Source: an uncultured virus (IMG/VR IMGVR_UViG_3300036546_000271) (Duplodnaviria > Heunggongvirae > Uroviricota > Caudoviricetes). From it: 64,000 bases of DNA. The notes beneath the pieces are model-generated. The model made no database searches. It was not told the origin of the DNA and saw only the letters and a program-made list of their open reading frames with translations. The stretch lies in the IMG/VR virus record IMGVR_UViG_3300036546_000271, one strand, 5' to 3'. Position 1 is the stretch's first letter, and each line of letters opens with the position of its first letter. This document shows positions 59,985 through 64,000 of the stretch, piece after piece. The position numbers were made by a program, and so were the translations under genes.

Positions 59985-59996
59985 TCACTGAGATGT
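59951..59996. other. att junction 2: ACATCTCA-N30-TGAGATGT centred on TG 59973-59974
   Basis: Perfect 8-bp inverted repeat with the same symmetry centre (Cys codon) as junction 1. Confidence 0.75.
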
Positions 59997-60017
59997 ATTT
60001 TTATTTCCCAACTTTCA

Positions 60018-61733
60018 TCACTTTCTATAAACAAACCTATGGGTAATTCCATTCACAAACTCAATTGACGATATGCGTCTATCCTCCTCTATAGTTATGT
60101 TTTTGATAACACACCTCATGAAATCCTGGAGCAACTCTTTGTCTACCATTTTTACAATTTTGTTGTAGTTAATAGGTTTATTTGTGGCAAGGTTTTGAGC
60201 AATAAGATACTGAGTTGCTTTTTTTATAAAACTCAAATCATGACCTGGAAGGCTCTTTGCATATTCCTGGGTCCTTTTTTTAATTTTTGTATTTATACTA
60301 TTTATCCTTTTTTCTATATCTTGCTTTTTTATTAAGTAATTTTTTTCTGACATACCTTCATCGCTGAACAGATATAAATCTTCTAATCTTTTCAAAGCTC
60401 TTTCAAACTTCTTCTTTTGAGATTTTAAAGACTCAAGCTCTGTGTCTTTTTCAATGCTCTTAATTTCATCTTTCTGGTCAAACAATATATTACCAGTACT
60501 TTTTAATAAAATATCGTATGTGGTTTTTAAATCCTGCGGAATAATTCCAGCAACATTTTTAAATGCCGGACCTTTTAACAAAATCCTCTCAACTTCTTTT
60601 TCTGTGCCTTTCGTTCCATAAGTATTGATAAAATTATTTGCTTTTACTAGGTTGGCGATATAATTGATAATAAATGGTCCAAGCTTAACCTCTCCAATGC
60701 TCCCGCTGCATGTCCTATATTTCTTTTTGTTATGAACGTAATTATAACACCTATACACAGATGGTCTGTATCCATCAGATCTAGGACGGTCAACAGTGGC
60801 TATATAATTTTTATTACATTTGCCACAAGTTATTAATCCCTTGAAAACATGTGTATGGTTTTTTAGAGTTCTATCAGATCCTCTGCCATGTGCATTGGAA
60901 TCCATTATAGCGTTGCATTTTTCATACTGAACTTTTGAAATAATAGCGGGATGATTGTCTTCGACCACAACCCATTCTTCCTCAGGACGAATTTTTCCAT
61001 GTGGACTATATCTGTAGTTGTATCTATAGGTTCCTATATAAAATGGATTCCTAATTACATCAGCTATAGTTTTTGTGGTCCAATGTCCATTCCTTTTGGT
61101 GCGTATTCCACGCTCCTCTAAAAGATGTTTCACTTCTCCTGTAGATCTAGTTTTTTCATACGAATCAAAAATAAAACGAACTGTTTCGGCCTCTTTTTCA
61201 TTGATTACAGGAAACTTTGTTTCTTCATCAAAATCATATCCAAGAGGAACTGGAGCTCCGTTCCATAAACCTTTCTCTGCTCTAGATAGCATTATAGAGT
61301 AGACTCTCTCTGCAGCTAACTTCCTTTCAAGTTCTGCGAATACTAGGATTATCTTAAGCATTGCCTCTCCCATAGCAGTGGATGTGTCAAATTGTTCATT
61401 TTTGGATATAAAAGTAATATTATGCTTTTTTAGCTCCTCATACATTTCAGTGAAGTCTTTTAAATTTCTTGATATACGATCTATTTTCCAGACCAAGAGA
61501 TGGGTAAATTCTCCATCTCTTATCCTTTTCATCATTTCCTGGAATTTTGGACGATCTGTGTTTTTACCACTATAACCAGCATCTTCAAACACTTCATAGT
61601 TATCTATGCCTAACAAGTATTTAGAGTAATTGATGAGCTCCTTCCTTTGGAAGGGAAGGGAATCTTTATCCACTTGATGATGGGTTGACACTCTTATGTA
61701 TAAAGCTGCTTTGTTTTCTGTGTTTTTATCCAT
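60018..61733 (-). CDS. Large serine recombinase (integrase) of element 3
   Basis: Close homolog of 12578-14299; catalytic domain nearly identical, C-terminal domains diverged. Confidence 0.95.
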   Translation of the reverse strand: MDKNTENKAALYIRVSTHHQVDKDSLPFQRKELINYSKYLLGIDNYEVFEDAGYSGKNTDRPKFQEMMKRIRDGEFTHLLVWKIDRISRNLKDFTEMYEELKKHNITFISKNEQFDTSTAMGEAMLKIILVFAELERKLAAERVYSIMLSRAEKGLWNGAPVPLGYDFDEETKFPVINEKEAETVRFIFDSYEKTRSTGEVKHLLEERGIRTKRNGHWTTKTIADVIRNPFYIGTYRYNYRYSPHGKIRPEEEWVVVEDNHPAIISKVQYEKCNAIMDSNAHGRGSDRTLKNHTHVFKGLITCGKCNKNYIATVDRPRSDGYRPSVYRCYNYVHNKKKYRTCSGSIGEVKLGPFIINYIANLVKANNFINTYGTKGTEKEVERILLKGPAFKNVAGIIPQDLKTTYDILLKSTGNILFDQKDEIKSIEKDTELESLKSQKKKFERALKRLEDLYLFSDEGMSEKNYLIKKQDIEKRINSINTKIKKRTQEYAKSLPGHDLSFIKKATQYLIAQNLATNKPINYNKIVKMVDKELLQDFMRCVIKNITIEEDRRISSIEFVNGITHRFVYRK

Positions 61734-61761
61734 ATTACAAGACCCCCTTTGTTTTATTTAA

Positions 61762-62253
61762 TTACCACGAAATATTCTTAGCTTCTTTAACTTTAGCTCC
61801 ATCAACAATTGTGTGTTCTGGCGAAGACCCAACAACTACAAGCAAGTTATAATAATCATACAATTCTCCTAAATAGTCATTTTTAGGTGGCTCAAGCTCA
61901 TCTCCATCATTATAAAAAGCAACACCAGATGATAAAGCTCTTACAAAGCTATCCGCTAATTCTCTAGCTGTTTCTTCGTTTATTGAAGCTCCAACTTGTA
62001 TAGCCATAGATATCGTCTTATCTTCTTTATTTACTTCAACATGTGCATCTTTAACTTCATCATAGCCCAATATTATGTCATAAGCGTGTTTCATTGCCGC
62101 ATCTGATATTTCCGGTAATTGCACATTTTCTTCTGTAACAGTTTTATCTGTTGGCTGACCTTCATTTTTTTTCTCATCTGGTCCCCCAATAAAAAGCGAT
62201 AAAACAATTAGAAAAGCGGTGACACCTAATAATATTTTTAATACTTTTTTCAT
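61762..62253 (-). CDS. Membrane-anchored acidic protein, possible superinfection exclusion factor
   Basis: MKKVLKILLGVTAFLIVLSLFIGG anchor with AAGGGGGA RBS; between integrase and repressor. Confidence 0.55.
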   Translation of the reverse strand: MKKVLKILLGVTAFLIVLSLFIGGPDEKKNEGQPTDKTVTEENVQLPEISDAAMKHAYDIILGYDEVKDAHVEVNKEDKTISMAIQVGASINEETARELADSFVRALSSGVAFYNDGDELEPPKNDYLGELYDYYNLLVVVGSSPEHTIVDGAKVKEAKNISW

Positions 62254-62288
62254 TTTTAAATATCCCCCTTTTAAAATATTTTTTAAAA

Positions 62289-62488
62289 ATTTGCGTCGGT
62301 TTAGCAGACACAAACCCTAATTTGTGTCGGTTTAACAGATACTATTGCGTCGGTTTAACAGAATCAAATCAATTCACTGTGTCGGTTTAAACGAGGCAAA
62401 ATATTTTGCACTATCGGTTTAACAGACACAAAACACCATTTGCGTCGGTTTAGCAGACACAAACCCTAATTTGTGTCGGTTTAACAGA
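62289..62488. repeat. Array of seven 14-bp repeats GTCGGTTTA(A/G)CAGA with an adjacent AT-rich tract
   Basis: Copies at 62295, 62326, 62349, 62381, 62413, 62444 and 62475; 51-bp duplication 62289-62339 / 62438-62488. Confidence 0.92.
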
Positions 62489-62585
62489 ACATATATTATC
62501 TATCTTATCTATTATATATATTAATAATAAATAGATAGATATGATATGTATTAATAAGAATAACAAAAAGATTTAAGATTTAAAA

Positions 62586-63218
62586 TTAAACTTTAAATTT
62601 AACATGAATGACTTTGCCAATAATTTGTACATAGCCAGATTCAACATCGCTAGACTTAAAAACCATAGGTTTATATTTAGGGTTTTCTGGTTGAAGAATG
62701 ACAGAGTCATTAGTTTTTAATACTCTTTTTAGAGTAGCTTCATCTCCATTCACTAAAACAACAGCAATTTCGCCATTATCCACATCAGATTGCTTTCTAA
62801 CATAAACAAGATCGCCGTCATAAATTCTAGCACCTATCATACTATCTCCATTAACTCTTAAATAGAAGAATTCACCGTTTTGAGCTTCTGATACATCGAC
62901 ATACTCATAGCCTTCAATATTCTCAGCAGCAAATATAGGTTCTCCAGCTTTGATCACTCCTAGAATTGGGATAGAAATAGTATCGTTCAGCTCAATAATA
63001 TCCTTCAAATCTTCGTTCCTTTTATTTGTTTTACCAATAAGGTAATCAATAGAAACACCGAAGAAATCTGACAATGCTCTTAAAGTCTTTATGTCTGGTT
63101 CTCTTTCTTTGAGTTCGTACTTAGATATAGTAGTATTTCTTACGTTTAATATTTTTGCTAAATCCTTTTGAGTCAAACCTTTTTCAGTTCTTAATAATTT
63201 TAGCCTTTTAGAAAACAT
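62586..63218 (-). CDS. LexA/CI-type self-cleaving repressor (HTH plus S24 peptidase)
   Basis: LTQKDLAKIL HTH, KAG cleavage site, GDSM, EATLK. Confidence 0.92.
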   Translation of the reverse strand: MFSKRLKLLRTEKGLTQKDLAKILNVRNTTISKYELKEREPDIKTLRALSDFFGVSIDYLIGKTNKRNEDLKDIIELNDTISIPILGVIKAGEPIFAAENIEGYEYVDVSEAQNGEFFYLRVNGDSMIGARIYDGDLVYVRKQSDVDNGEIAVVLVNGDEATLKRVLKTNDSVILQPENPKYKPMVFKSSDVESGYVQIIGKVIHVKFKV

Positions 63219-63250
63219 AATTTTCCACCTCCTTTTATTTAAATTTTATA

Positions 63251-63367
63251 TTTCCCATATCGGGAAATCAAGAAAATAAATTATTATCCCCAAAAAGGGA
63301 ATTTAGACTTGACTTTCCCATAACGGGGATATATAATTATTACAAAGACGTTCCCCATAACGGGGAT
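63251..63367. promoter_or_regulatory. Four 17-bp operators (T(T/C)CCC-N5-GGG(A/G)A) at 63251, 63286, 63314, 63351, with promoter TTGACT-17-TATAAT (63309-63337)
   Basis: Palindromic repeats between divergent repressor and cro; one fills the promoter spacer. Confidence 0.85.
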
Positions 63368-63381
63368 ATGGAGGTGATCAA

Positions 63382-63600
63382 ATGTATGAGCGTCTAAGAG
63401 AATTAAGAACAAATAACGGCTATACACTACAGCAAATGTCAAATCTTCTAGGATACTCTTCTCCAAACGCATACGCAAGAAAAGAAAAAGGAGAGAGAAG
63501 ATTTACTATCGAAGAGGCTATGAAAATATCGAAACTTTTTAAAAAGCCAATTGAAGAAATTTTTTTTGAAGATGAAATCCCCAATAAGGGGACTGATTAG
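63382..63600 (+). CDS. Cro-like HTH regulator
   Basis: YTLQQMSNLLG...KEKGERRFT..EA..I..LF...IEEIFF. Confidence 0.88.
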   Translation: MYERLRELRTNNGYTLQQMSNLLGYSSPNAYARKEKGERRFTIEEAMKISKLFKKPIEEIFFEDEIPNKGTD

Positions 63601-63700
63601 ACAATCAACTTAATAAAAGGGGACAAGTTAATTATCTCATATATAAATACCACAAAAAAAGATGTAATTTATGGAAATGTTGGAAGGGAGGTGAGATGCA

Positions 63701-63886
63701 ATGGACAGATACAAAAGAGCTCTTAAGTATTTAATAACCAATAACTGTACAAGCCTACAAGAACCATGCGAAAAGTTCTTTGAGGATTATCCAGGAGAAA
63801 AACTCAATGAGATTATAGAGAGACTCACATTTGAAGAAGGATTAGAACCTAGCGAATTTTTATACCACCTAGGGTATGTAAAGTAA
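63701..63886 (+). CDS. Hypothetical phage early protein
   Basis: GGGAGGTGA RBS; follows cro. Confidence 0.55.
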   Translation: MDRYKRALKYLITNNCTSLQEPCEKFFEDYPGEKLNEIIERLTFEEGLEPSEFLYHLGYVK

Positions 63887-64000
63887 AATCCAATAGATAT
63901 TTAAAAGAAGGGGGAACGATAAATTGGATAAAGTTCAAAAACTAAAAGATTACATGGAAAAAGAGTTTGGCATCACTCCTCAAAATATAGATGAAAAACT

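Larger units (their letters stand above)
59973..64000. mobile_element. Prophage element 3, left end (integrase and immunity region); continues beyond the window
   Basis: Integrase, membrane protein, repressor and cro arrangement. Confidence 0.88.

Noticed and set aside
59832..60068. 78-aa ORF as an intact gene
   Set aside because: Only the first ~51 codons are MiaB-like; the rest is read-through overlapping the integrase 3' end.
62289..62488. Repeat array as a CRISPR
   Set aside because: Repeats are 14 bp, spacers only 9-18 bp and partly duplicated, and no cas genes are present.

Overview
Low-GC Firmicutes-type (probably Clostridia/Tissierellia) DNA that is almost entirely prophage. Three temperate phage segments lie head to tail: the tail/lysis end of element 1 (1-~12470), an apparently complete ~47.5 kb contractile-tailed prophage 2 (~12471-59974) and the lysogeny module of element 3 (~59973-64000). 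Each junction is a promoter plus a 5' fragment of miaB, broken in the GCQMN motif, next to a large serine recombinase. Each has its own inverted repeat centred on the TG of the Cys codon. Elements 1 and 2 each carry a complete diversity-generating retroelement (target-VR, avd, TR, RT), with 11 and 14 VR/TR mismatches, all at TR adenines, and covarying RNA stems around the TR. Also present: an IS110 element in the head operon with a candidate bridge RNA matching its Shine-Dalgarno target, a relic of a third RT, a candidate LexA-controlled mini antirepressor, a -1 frameshifted tail chaperone, a parC/parM relic and an orphan iteron-like array. Protein calls come from recognising motifs and gene order by eye, not from database searches.
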